From Azolla caroliniana (lineage: Eukaryota; Plantae; Polypodiophyta): a stretch of 64,000 bases of DNA. Each line of letters starts with the position of its first letter. Position 1 is the stretch's first letter. Below, one piece after another: positions 1 to 10,167 of the stretch. Location of the stretch: the NCBI GenBank assembly GCA_043228905.1, contig JBHGNT010000013.1:12338001-12402000 (forward strand), in the 5' to 3' direction. Both the position numbers and the translations under genes were made by a program. Below the pieces are notes generated by a model that had not been told where the DNA came from, searched no databases, and worked only from the letters and a program-made list of their open reading frames with translations.

Positions 1-1549
1 CGAATTTCTTACCTTTCCGCAACAAGTGATAGAGCGGGTCCGCTATATGTGCATAGTGCGGAATCCATATGTGATAGAATGCACATGCACCCAGAAACCT
101 TCGGACTTCCGATGTTGACTCACATACTTCCTTCATAGCTTGAATCGCATCGATCTTTGTTGGTGACGGTCTTCGGCCGTAGGGTCCACATAGATGTCCG
201 ACCACCAATATTTCTTCTTGCCCGAATGCCGATTTCTCCCCGGAAAGTGTTAGGTGCACATCTTCTAGCTTTCGCAACACTTTCTCGCAATCATGAATAT
301 GGTCGACCACGAACTTTCGGCATCCCCGATCATCCATAGTCTCATCTTTTTCTTCCACCGCGCATCCTTTCATCGGAATGTCATCTAGAAACGGCATCGT
401 TATCTCCGGGATGCAATCTCGAAGCACCTTGTTCATCGCGTTCATCATATGTGCAACCGAGTTTGTCGCTCCTTGTGGTAGTGTGCACATTCGAACTAGT
501 CCTATCGGTGTCCGCATGGTAGTGATGTCTCGGCTCTCCACGGCTAGTTGGAATTGGTCATACCCCGAGTATAGGTCCCCGATGGAGTATATCGCACGTC
601 CGGCAAAAGCTTCCGCGAATTCGTCCACTATCGGACCGACTCCCGAGTTCCGGATCGTGACCTTGTTCACCGGTTGCAAGTCTTGGATGAATCGGAGTGA
701 CCCATTCTTCTTCGGAACCGTAAACCATCGATTTGAGTACGGAGCACTCGATGGCTCTAGAATCCCCATCGCCACCTTCTCTTTGAGTAAGTCGATGACT
801 TTCGGAATATGCGCCCGTGGCACCGGAATCGGCTTCAGGTTCCACGGTACATGATCAATCGTGAAAATCACCATCGGCTCCACTATCTTTGGATCAATGC
901 ATCCGATCTCCCTCGATGTGAACGCGAATGCTTTGCCATGTTGCTCCAACATCTCTCGAAACCGTTTTTCTTCTTCTTGTAAGAGGAACCCACCTCCACC
1001 GATCCGAAGTTTCTTCCGGGTCTCATCTGTGAAGGCATGTCCGATATCCACGGACTTCCGAAGTGTCGGATCTCCCGAGACTTCTTTCTTCTTTTGTTCG
1101 CTATCAGCGGGTAGTGGTCCCGCGGCCGGTTTCACCTTCTTCTCCACGGTCTTGTATTTCGTACTTACCATTGCTTCTTCTTTGCGGAGCGCATCCGGCC
1201 CCATTTTCGCAACGATCTCGTACATCTCGACCGATTCCACCGGGACTACCCGGTTCCCTTGGCTTTTATCTTCCGCAAGCTCTTCAAGCCGTTGTAGTGT
1301 ATTCCCATAGAACACTTCCTCGATCACTCCCACGATTTCTTCGTCTTCTTTTATTATTGATGCCGACCGTAACTTATCCTCCACTTGTCGGTATTGTTTC
1401 TTCATTCCTCCGGTTACGGCCGTGTACGTAGATGCCCCATCCGGGCCGATTCGTACTTGTTTTGCTCCGAGAGTTTTCTTCCTGTGTGGGGTATCAGGGC
1501 TTCTCGGACTATCACTTCCCCACTCCGCAACAGTCCGCTTTAAAAATCC
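1..1549 (-). CDS. Gypsy pol (RT) ORF in the -1 frame relative to gag-PR, open to the window edge
   Basis: Hand translation has no stops: KYKTVEKKVKP, WFTVPKKNGSLRFIQDLQPVNK, DLYSGYDQ, LPQGATNS, PFLDDIP (catalytic motif), EVRRFLGACAFY. It is absent from the ORF track, probably because it has no stop inside the window. Confidence 0.92.
1486..1549 (-). promoter_or_regulatory. Predicted -1 programmed ribosomal frameshift element (slippery heptamer plus H-type pseudoknot)
   Basis: Minus strand: G_GAT_TTT (1549-1543), spacer TAAAG, stem 1 CGGACTGTTGC (1537-1527) with GTGATAGTCCG (1515-1505), loop GTGGGG (1523-1518) complementary to CCCCAC (1491-1486). Confidence 0.8.
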
Positions 1550-3600
1550 ATTCTCACTTGGGACAAGAGTTCCCTCTTGTTCCTTTCGTGATTTGCCGGC
1601 ACCGTTAGGAATTGGACGGATTTCCCTCCGTTTTGGCTCCGAATTCGCGCAAAAGCCGCACCACTATCGAGCACCTTCGTCTCCATCCGTGAAGCCGTGA
1701 TAAAGGGTTGGCCGAGGATGACAGAATGTGAAACCTCATCCTGCACAAAGAAATTTTGGTCAATTTCGACATCCCCGATCTTTACCGTCACATCCGGACA
1801 AGCCGCAAATAGGTCTTCTGTCGTTTTCGTGGCTGCCCGAATCTTCCATCCATGGTTGGTGTTTATAGGCCACTTCCCCTTTCGGTAGAACTCCTTGGAC
1901 ATCAAGTTGATCTCCGATCCGTGATCAATCAATGCTAGCACGGGTTCTTTGATGTTGCCGATTCGGACCGGAGTCTCCGTAGTCGCACGTGCCCAGTGTG
2001 GCCTTGTATAGTGGGAGTTCGGAATTTCGCCTTCCACTTCGGTGTCGTTCATTGAAACGGTATTTGCATTCACCCTTGGAGCATTTTCCTCCGTACTTTG
2101 TCTCTTCCTTTTCACGAGATCCACGAGAAGATCGTGAAACTCCTTCTTCGCTATTCCGAGTAGTTCCCGCAGCGAAAAATCTACCCGGCTATCCAAGATT
2201 CTTTCCTCGAACACTCTTTTCAAGTCGGTTTGTTGTTCTATGTCCGAGGCGAGCTTGAATGCCGGAGTCGCCTTTTCTTTTCCCTTACCTCCGGAGTTCC
2301 AGCTTTCCGGTATCTTCGATGGTCCGGCCGCATCCTCCGTGCGCCGTCGTTTCTCGTCCACATACACCTCATGTAATTGACACAGGGCGTATATGCTATT
2401 CTTGTCGACAGGGCACTCCCATCCCGTAGCTTCCCGGACGCCTTCCGCGGTGTTTCGGATATCGTTGGAGTCGGTTTTCTCGGTGTTTCCTAGCACCTCC
2501 GGCCAGAAAGACGCCTTCGCTCCCGTTGACTCCCCGACACATATTCCCGCGGTTGTCGCATAGTTGCTTCTTGTCGCTAACTCCTCCTCGAGCACCTTCT
2601 TCATGCCGCCTTTCCGGAAGTTCGGTCGGAGTGGCTTCCGAGAGTCCATCGAATGAATCCGGTTTCCCTCGTAGTAGATGAGATCCCGTCGTAGCGCCTC
2701 CTTATGGTCGTCGCAATCCCTCCGATCGTGTTCGGCGCTATCGCACCATATGCACCGTCGATCCGTATATTTGGAGCTTGTGGGGCGGTCATCCGACTTC
2801 TTCACCATCGCGATCTTTAGATTCTCCATCTCCTTCAGCAGCTGCTCCACCGTAGACGCGTCGACTCCCTTCTCGGCCGTAATCTCCCGAGCCCTCGGTT
2901 GATGGTCTTCCAATCCCGTTCTCGGTTTCGGAATTGGTTCCAAAACCCTCTTTTCTTCGTTGGCAAGCCATTGCCCCCTCTTCGTGTACCGCGCGACGAT
3001 ATCCCGCACGATTTCCCATGTTTCGGTGAGGCCGCTTTCAGTGGTCGTGTCCTCAAGAAGCACTCCGAGATCTTTCCGGTCCCGGACGTCCACAGCTCGC
3101 AAAAACATGATGACTTTGTCCGGTGCAAGAATAGTTTGATCTCTCGCGGACAACCTCCCGAACCGACTTTCGAATGCCGAAAACACTTCGAGGACCTTCA
3201 ACCCCTTACCTGACGTTTCCACCCAATCCTCGAATCCCCTCCGCGTTGCCTTGGAGGAGTCCTCGATGGCAAACGTGGTCTTTAACGCCTCTTCGAATGC
3301 TTCCCACGTCGGATTTTGTTGTTGCAACCCGTGGATACTCCCTTGAAGCCCGTCGGTCGCCACCCGGTTAAAGGATGTCACTTGCAGTCCTTCCGAAGCC
3401 CGGCACCGGACCATCTCCGCCTTGTAGTCCTGCAAATATCGCGACACATCCTTACCATTAAATTGCCCGTTGCGTTGCACGAGCCGCTCTACTGATGCCG
3501 AAATCTCCGACATCGTGCGTTGTTCTTGAAGCATCCGTTCGAACATCGCCATCATATTGTTAGCTTGTTGAGCCTCCATCTCCTTGCCACCCGTCTTCAC
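1540..3600 (-). CDS. Gypsy Gag-aspartic protease polyprotein (first ATG at 3579)
   Basis: 686-aa ORF with zinc knuckle CIWCDSAEHDRRDC, protease ALIDHGSEINLM and ILGQPF. Ends MDF-stop at the slippery site. Confidence 0.93.
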   Translation of the reverse strand: MKTGGKEMEAQQANNMMAMFERMLQEQRTMSEISASVERLVQRNGQFNGKDVSRYLQDYKAEMVRCRASEGLQVTSFNRVATDGLQGSIHGLQQQNPTWEAFEEALKTTFAIEDSSKATRRGFEDWVETSGKGLKVLEVFSAFESRFGRLSARDQTILAPDKVIMFLRAVDVRDRKDLGVLLEDTTTESGLTETWEIVRDIVARYTKRGQWLANEEKRVLEPIPKPRTGLEDHQPRAREITAEKGVDASTVEQLLKEMENLKIAMVKKSDDRPTSSKYTDRRCIWCDSAEHDRRDCDDHKEALRRDLIYYEGNRIHSMDSRKPLRPNFRKGGMKKVLEEELATRSNYATTAGICVGESTGAKASFWPEVLGNTEKTDSNDIRNTAEGVREATGWECPVDKNSIYALCQLHEVYVDEKRRRTEDAAGPSKIPESWNSGGKGKEKATPAFKLASDIEQQTDLKRVFEERILDSRVDFSLRELLGIAKKEFHDLLVDLVKRKRQSTEENAPRVNANTVSMNDTEVEGEIPNSHYTRPHWARATTETPVRIGNIKEPVLALIDHGSEINLMSKEFYRKGKWPINTNHGWKIRAATKTTEDLFAACPDVTVKIGDVEIDQNFFVQDEVSHSVILGQPFITASRMETKVLDSGAAFARIRSQNGGKSVQFLTVPANHERNKRELLSQVRMDF

Positions 3601-3613
3601 GTCGGGTTCACCA
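3596..3613 (-). promoter_or_regulatory. Primer-binding site complementary to the tRNA-Trp 3' end
   Basis: Minus strand TGGTGAACCCGACGTGAA, 4 nt after the LTR. Its complement TTCACGTCGGGTTCACCA matches the 3' end of plant cytosolic tRNA-Trp(CCA) as I recall it. Confidence 0.85.
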
Positions 3614-3617
3614 ACTG

Positions 3618-4447
3618 TGTCGTGCCTTTCGGCTCCGGATCGTTGCGTGAGTCGGGTGGGAACCGCTGGGGTCTTGGACTAGGAGAAAGAAGTTCGTGAG
3701 ATAGAGATTAATTATGAGTAAATAGCAAAGAGAAAGATAAGAAACTCGTGAATCACACGAGTATACTATATTAATTGGTACTTAGGGTGTTAAGAGAGAA
3801 GTAGACGTATAAATCGTGAATCCCACGAATAATTTTTGTATTGATTAATCCTTAATCCAAATAATCAACAACTCTTTACATATTTCTCTCCTCCTTATAT
3901 AAGGAAGGAAGAGCTAAGCATGGCTTCATGCTTTTTTTTTACAAAAAGTGTTCATGTCCACTAAATGTGCATGTGATGCTTTTTTATTTCCTAAGTATAG
4001 GGCTCATGCACGCTAGATGTGCATGAGTTATTTTTAGTGTCTCGTGTTTTTTCTTTTTCATATATTAAAGAATACACGATTTACCTTTTAATAAAGGTAT
4101 GCATAAATAAAGGTCTTATACATATTAAATCTATATTTAAAGCACTTAAGATAAGTTAATGTAATGGTAAGGTTGGGGTTTGTCAACGTGGAGGTGCAGA
4201 GTTTGAATCACGCCTTGCGCAGTAGTGAGTATTTCCTTTCTTTTTACATTTATGTCTCTTTATCCGGCTCTTCCTTGCCGGTATGCCGTTTTCTTCCTTG
4301 CCGGTATGCCGTTTTCCTCCTTGCCGGTATGCCGTTTTTCCTCCTTGCCGGTATGCCGTTTTCTTCCGGTTCTCCCCGAGCACTCCATTCTCTATCCGGA
4401 GGGACAAAAATATAATTTTCACATAGTGTGCAACCTACACTACGACA
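3618..4447 (-). repeat. 5' LTR of Gypsy copy A (830 bp)
   Basis: TG...CA ends with inverted repeat TGTCGT/ACGACA. Homologous to 50249-50965 and adjacent to the PBS. Confidence 0.93.
4271..4363. repeat. Four copies of a 23-24 bp tandem repeat (TTCCTTGCCGGTATGCCGTTTTC) in the LTR U3 region
   Basis: Directly visible. Absent from the sister LTR at 50249-50965. Confidence 0.9.
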
Positions 4448-5234
4448 ACGGTTCAACATGTCAGATGCGAAACCGGTCGGATCGACATTTCCGGCAAACT
4501 GCAGGTTATCCGGTAAGCAAAGCCCGAAGACGAAAGCAGAGAAGGCGGATATGATGAAGGTTCCATATGCCTCTGCTATCGGGAGCTTAATGTACGCAAT
4601 GGTGTGTACTCGACCAGATATTGGATACGCAGTCGGAGTGGTGAGCCGGTTCATGAGCAATCCCAGCAAGGAGCACTGGAACGCGGCCAAATGGATACTC
4701 CGGTACTTGAAGGGCACTTCGAATATGTGTCTTCGATTCGGCTCCGGAAAACCTCAACTTGACGGTTTTACCGATTCAGACATGTCGGCTGATGTGGATA
4801 CCAGTCGTTCTACATCCGGGTATGTAATGACATATGCAGGGGGAGTTGTTTCGTGGTAGTCGAGGCTGCTGAAGACGGTTGCGTTGTCAACCACGGAGGC
4901 GGAGTACATGGCGGTTGTGGAAGCCGGAAAGGAAATATTATGGATGAAGGACTTCATCGAAGAGCTCGGTATCCGGCAAGATGAATACTGGCTCTATTGC
5001 GAAAGTCAAAGTGCCATCCACCTTGCTAAGAATGCGGCCTACCATTCCTGGACGAAGCATATCCGGCGAAGGTATCACTGGATCCGGGAAAGAGTGGATG
5101 ACCAGGAGTTTGCGCTGACAAAGATCCACACGGTCGAGAACGGGTCAGATATGCTGACCAAAGTACTGATATCCGACAAGCTGGAAGCATGCCGGAAGCG
5201 GATCGTACTAGTAAGACATCCCATGCCAGAGTGA
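4448..5234 (+). pseudogene. Ty1/Copia RT C-terminus and RNase H (one in-frame TAG at 4857-4859)
   Basis: Motifs PYASAIGSLMYAMVCTRPDI, ILRYLKGT, GFTDSD, STTEAEY, TKHI, SDMLTK. Polypurine tract GAAGGGGGAG at about 5233-5242. Confidence 0.93.
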
Positions 5235-5547
5235 AGGGGGAGTTTGTTAGGAAACAAGTCCCTCCGGATGGGATGACCCGGTGAGAACCAGATGACGGGT
5301 ACCCGGCTACGGAAGACCCGGTGAGAACCGGATGAGGAGTACCCGACAAGTGCCGGATGATGCAGGCCCGGTTAGGAGTGCTCACCGGATGGAGGGACAT
5401 ATTCGTAAATATGTTTTTTGAGAGTCCATCGGGGCTATATTTGTAAATAGCCGAAAAGTCATATTAGTATAAATATGACTTAGGGCAAACTTAGAGTGTA
5501 GTTGTCATTCTTGTTGGCGCTAGATTAGAGAGCGCGTAACAGTGTAC

Positions 5548-5578
<31 letters not shown>

Positions 5579-5654
5579 TAGATAGATAGATAGATAGATT
5601 ATATTATCGTCTTCGGAGATCAAATATGACCTATGAGACCAAAAATATTACATT

Positions 5655-8600
5655 TCACGTGATACGTGTGAAAGTGAGTAGTGACTCTCGATGTTCAAGA
5701 ACTTTACCAATGAATGTTGCAATCGAGAGTGCACATTGTGGTTGTGAGAGGAATTCATGCAAAGATTGGGCTCGATCGAAGAGATGTGGAAAGCATGGTC
5801 GAATATGATCAAAGGTAGAGCATTGTATCAAAGTGTGATACTCAGACTCGCGAACTTGTTTAGGGCAAAGTGTGCATAGCCGACCACTCTCATCACTTGT
5901 ACCCCAACGCCCTGTTTCACATCGCAATGCATGTGAGCTAAGTCGCATGGAAGCAATGGTTCGAATGGCAGATAACGGTATGGGCTCTAACATGTATGGA
6001 TGTGTACGATTCCCCCGTTCCGCAAAGAATATAGTTTTGTAGTTAGGTGCAACATGTGTAGTATAATGTGTGAAGCGTGAGCCTCCACATTTGTCCCATG
6101 TCATGATACATTGGCGTTGCAAAAATGCCTCATTTACAGAGGAATCTAATGATGCATCATGAAGCAAGTGTCTCGCATCCCATCTACCAAACCATTTTTC
6201 TATATCTTGCATCCAACCGGAACACAAAATTTTGCTTTTATGCGTCTTTTGGATCTTTTTGCTTGCTTCCCACGCAATTCTAGGAAGTCGATGTGAGGGA
6301 CTTTTTTGAACCTTAAGCATGTATTCAACAACCCTTTCCATGGCCATGATCTCAATGGGAAGCAATCCTGTCTCAAGGAGGAGGAGGGTGTAGGGTGTTT
6401 GTTTCTTAACTTGTAGAAACTTGGTAAGAAAATGCTTTTGGACATTTTCAAACTCTTTCCACATAGACTTAGGGATGCTACCGCCCCATACTTCCACCCC
6501 ATAGAGAAGAATTGGTGTCACCAAAGTGTCAAAAAGATATTTCTTGAGGACCCAACACTTAATATCTCCAAGATTGCATGTGTTCTCAAATGCATAGTAT
6601 GCTCGTTTGCCCGCCTCTAAGCGGCGTGTAGCACATTCATTCCATCTATGATTTGAAGGAACTTCAAGGCCAAGATATTTGAAGCTTTCCACACATTCAA
6701 GTGGCTCATTGTTGTACATAATGCATGGTTTATCTCTTTTTTGGCTCTTCACAAGCATAATCTTTGTTTTAGAGCTATTGACACTTAATTTAGTATGCAT
6801 GCAAAATTTTTCCAATGCCTTCATAAGCTTTTGTGCATCTCCTAAAGTATTTGCAAAAAGCACTACGTCATCTGCATATAGCAAAAGCATAATCACAACA
6901 TTCCCAATGGCAACTTCTTCAACACATTCTTCCTTTGCAAACTTGGTAACCATTTCTTCCAATTCATCAATGCATAGACCAAATAGTGTTGGTGAGAGTG
7001 GGCATCCTTGCTTAACACCAATAGTGCTTTTGAAAAAATCTGAAAGTTTATCTCGCATGCGCACACAACATATAACCTTCTCATAAATTCGGGAAATTGC
7101 AAGCATATATTCACTTGGCACCTCAAGTTCTTCCATTCGCCTCCAAAGATGCTCACGAGGTACCATATCAAAAGCTTTCTTGAAGTCTACAAAGCAACAA
7201 TATAAACCTTTACCTCTAAGGCGACTTTCCTCCATTAATACTCGAAGGGTGATAAGGTGATCAATGGTGCTATGGTGTTTTCGAAAGCCAGCTTGTCCAT
7301 AAGCTCTCTTACCACTTTTTTCAGCCCATACACTTATCTTTGATTCCATTATACATCCAAATAGTTTTGCCATTAATGAGCCAACCATGATGGTTCGATA
7401 GTTGTTTACATTATTTATATCTCCACCTTTATGTAAAGGTTTGATCCAATTTGTAGTCCAATCGTACGGCATACCATGTTGCAATGCATCATTAAACATA
7501 TCGCTTATCCATATATGTGCTTCCTTTCCCGTCCATTTGGGCATTTCAGCCTTTATACATTGAAGATCGCTTGCCTTTCGAGAGGCCAATTTCTTAAGTC
7601 CTATGCATATATCTTCAATTGTAAAGAAGGAAGGCATATGTGAAAGAGAACCATAACACATCATCTTTCCGGCAAGAGATAACTCATATAAATTCTTACA
7701 ATGCATAGACAAGTCGTGAAGAGTTAAGTCACCATAACTCTCAACACGTTTTCCCTTTAGATTTCCCCAAAATTTAGCACATGCATGTGCTTTCTCTTGC
7801 GTTTGGATAAATTGTTGAGTAACTTCCCATATTCTTCTCTTTCTTTGAATAAGCCTTTTATACTCATGCAAATGCTTTTGGTAATTCTCTTTATCCTTAA
7901 CTACATCCAAAACCATAACGCACTTTCGAGCTTCACGACATTCTTTATCAAACCATTTTTTCCTAAGTTTCTTGGTGCATTTCCAAGATGTGCGGTTGGT
8001 CGAAAAACATTTGTTTGTACATGAGAGAATGACTTTCTTGAAAGCTTCCCATTTGCATTCTAGTGTGGCACCATGTTGTATCTTTGTCATTTGTAACATA
8101 TCCTCAACCATCTTGGAATACATGGGTGCTCGCTTAAGGTTCATGCTCAAGTGCGGTTGTTTATTATCTTCAATAGCCTTCTCACAATCAAACCTATGCA
8201 TACATTTGAGATCAATACATAAAGGCCTATGATCTGATTCCGGTGTCCATTCACCAAGTGAGAATTTATGTATACGATCCAAAATACCTTCGGAAAGTAG
8301 CACATAATCAATCACACTATTTCCGTTGTATTTTCTACATGTAAAACCATTAGTGTTGGGCCATAAGGAAATACCATTTGCAATAAGCAATCCGGTACTA
8401 TTGCACATTTGTAGGAGTAACTTCCCAAATTGGTCCGGATCTTTTTCATCGCTAGAAGAGCGGTTATACATTTGCATATCCTCTTGCATCCTTGAGATAT
8501 GTGGCATGAAAGATTCTTGTGAATCAAGTTGGAAACTTCTTGTACGAGCATTCATGTCACCAAAGACAATAACTTCCCCTTTGGATTTGAAATAAGCAAT

Positions 8601-9035
8601 ATCATCTTCTAGATTGGCAAACGGTTGATCTTTATCCAAACAAGCATAAAAGTTAGAATCTTGATGAGGAATGTAACATCCAACAACAAAAGTGGGCAAA
8701 TCATTAGGTGTTTCTATTTTGAGCCATATGTAGCATTTATTTTCATCATTTTTTATGATTGACACATATTTCTCTATTTCCTTCTTAATCAAACATGCCA
8801 CCCCTCCTTGTCCTCTTCTTTGTCTTGGATTTTTCTTCCATATCAAAGAGTGTACATTATAGTTTCCTAAACCTTGAATCCTTTGAGTATCATGCTCCCA
8901 TGTTTCAACAAGAAGTGTGATATCCGAGTCATTGGTGAACTCCTATATGCCAAATCCCGCATTCCATGGGTATCCATTGCAATTCCAAAAGCATAGTCGT
9001 AAAAGGCGTGGGTTAGTCTCATAGATCACGTGTCC
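5655..9035 (-). CDS. LINE ORF2: APE endonuclease, RT and C-terminal zinc finger (one premature TAG at 8945-8943; track ORF 5655-8846)
   Basis: Motifs FWNCNG, VETW, GDMNART, IDY, SDHRP, FVDFKKAFD, GVKQGCPLSPTLF, LLYADD, FKYLG, CTLC...EYH...C. Confidence 0.92.
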
Positions 9036-9905
9036 CTATTTGCCTACATTTCCATCTTTAGGCACATCCTTAACCTTGTTTTTCAATCTTTCTTCATATG
9101 CTTTACGACGAGCATTTTGTTGTGAGATAGTACGATCTTCACTCACAAAGCATTGTGTACCTTTGAGGTATACCCAACTATTTTCGAGTATGATCCGCCG
9201 CTTTGTATCATCTGTCATTGTGCATACAATAGGCCTTTCTCCGGAGCGAGTAACACCATGTTTCCCAACTCGGTGTGCCCCATATACATTCACATCTGAC
9301 ATCCCATAATGCATGCTAAAAAATTCACCAATGGCCTTTCCAAGGGATGCGGGTGTTTCCATACTCTCTTCTTTAATCCCACGGACGACAATGTTCTTTG
9401 ATCGTCGTTCGCGTTCTTTCAATTCTCGGACATCTATGCTTTCTATATTCTTCTCTTGATGCATCACATGCATATTAGATGAGTTTGATAACACATCCCC
9501 ACCACATACATCGACCCATGACTTCGTTGTACATACATTTTTCATCTCACTTACATCCCGCCTCATCGTATCCAATTTTTCTTCTTTTAATGCTTCCTTT
9601 AACTCAATCTTGTTAAGGCGCTCATTTGTTTCAAATGAAGCTCTTTTACATTCTTGAATCTCTTCTTGAAGTTTTGCAACCACTTGTTTAAGACTTTCAT
9701 TCTCAATGACAACACTTTGGAGCTTAGTATTCTCTTTCATTAACATCCTAATCTCTTCACCTTGCTTGTTTATGGTTTCTTGAAGAGAAATCAAGTGACT
9801 CATAAGCATTTTGTCCATTGCATTAGAATCGAGATTTGTTTGTGATATCGGCTCATTATCAATCATACCCCCAAACTTTGCGGCGGTTTTACGAGTATTT
9901 GCCAT
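9036..9905 (-). CDS. LINE ORF1 (coiled coil plus RRM-like nucleic-acid chaperone)
   Basis: 289 aa with a heptad-rich N-terminal half, then RSKNIVVRGIKE, AHRVGK, RPIV, FVSEDRT, which are typical of L1-type ORF1p. Confidence 0.88.
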   Translation of the reverse strand: MANTRKTAAKFGGMIDNEPISQTNLDSNAMDKMLMSHLISLQETINKQGEEIRMLMKENTKLQSVVIENESLKQVVAKLQEEIQECKRASFETNERLNKIELKEALKEEKLDTMRRDVSEMKNVCTTKSWVDVCGGDVLSNSSNMHVMHQEKNIESIDVRELKERERRSKNIVVRGIKEESMETPASLGKAIGEFFSMHYGMSDVNVYGAHRVGKHGVTRSGERPIVCTMTDDTKRRIILENSWVYLKGTQCFVSEDRTISQQNARRKAYEERLKNKVKDVPKDGNVGK

Positions 9906-10167
9906 TGTAGGGACAAACCGTACGGGAAAAGAGAGACAAAGAGGGAAGGAGAGAGAATGTACCTTTCACTCGATTTAGGGCTTCAAAATCTACCTTCCGT
10001 TTGAGGAACCGTGGGGCAAAGATGGATGCAGATGAAAATGCTCATAACTTCTCGCCACGGTAACGGAATTCAATAAATGAACATTCTTTAGAAAGCTCTC
10101 TCAAAGAGCTTTCCAAGAGCTATAGAACGTAGAAAACGATGGCCGGAGTGAACTTACAGAGAGCTTT

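Larger units (their letters stand above)
1..4447 (-). mobile_element. Ty3/Gypsy LTR retrotransposon, copy A (5' LTR, PBS, gag-PR, RT; runs off the left edge)
   Basis: On the minus strand the order is LTR (TGTCGT...ACGACA), PBS, Gag with CCHC knuckle, aspartic protease, then RT. It is inserted into a Copia RT region, which resumes at 4448. Confidence 0.95.

Noticed and set aside
157-3371. Many plus-strand ORFs over the Gypsy, and similar antisense ORFs over other TEs and GPAT
   Set aside because: Shadow ORFs of GC-rich coding sequence on the opposite strand, with no recognisable motifs.
4150-4222. Functional tRNA gene
   Set aside because: No acceptor or anticodon stem can be formed; only box-like motifs remain. 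Reported as an LTR module instead.
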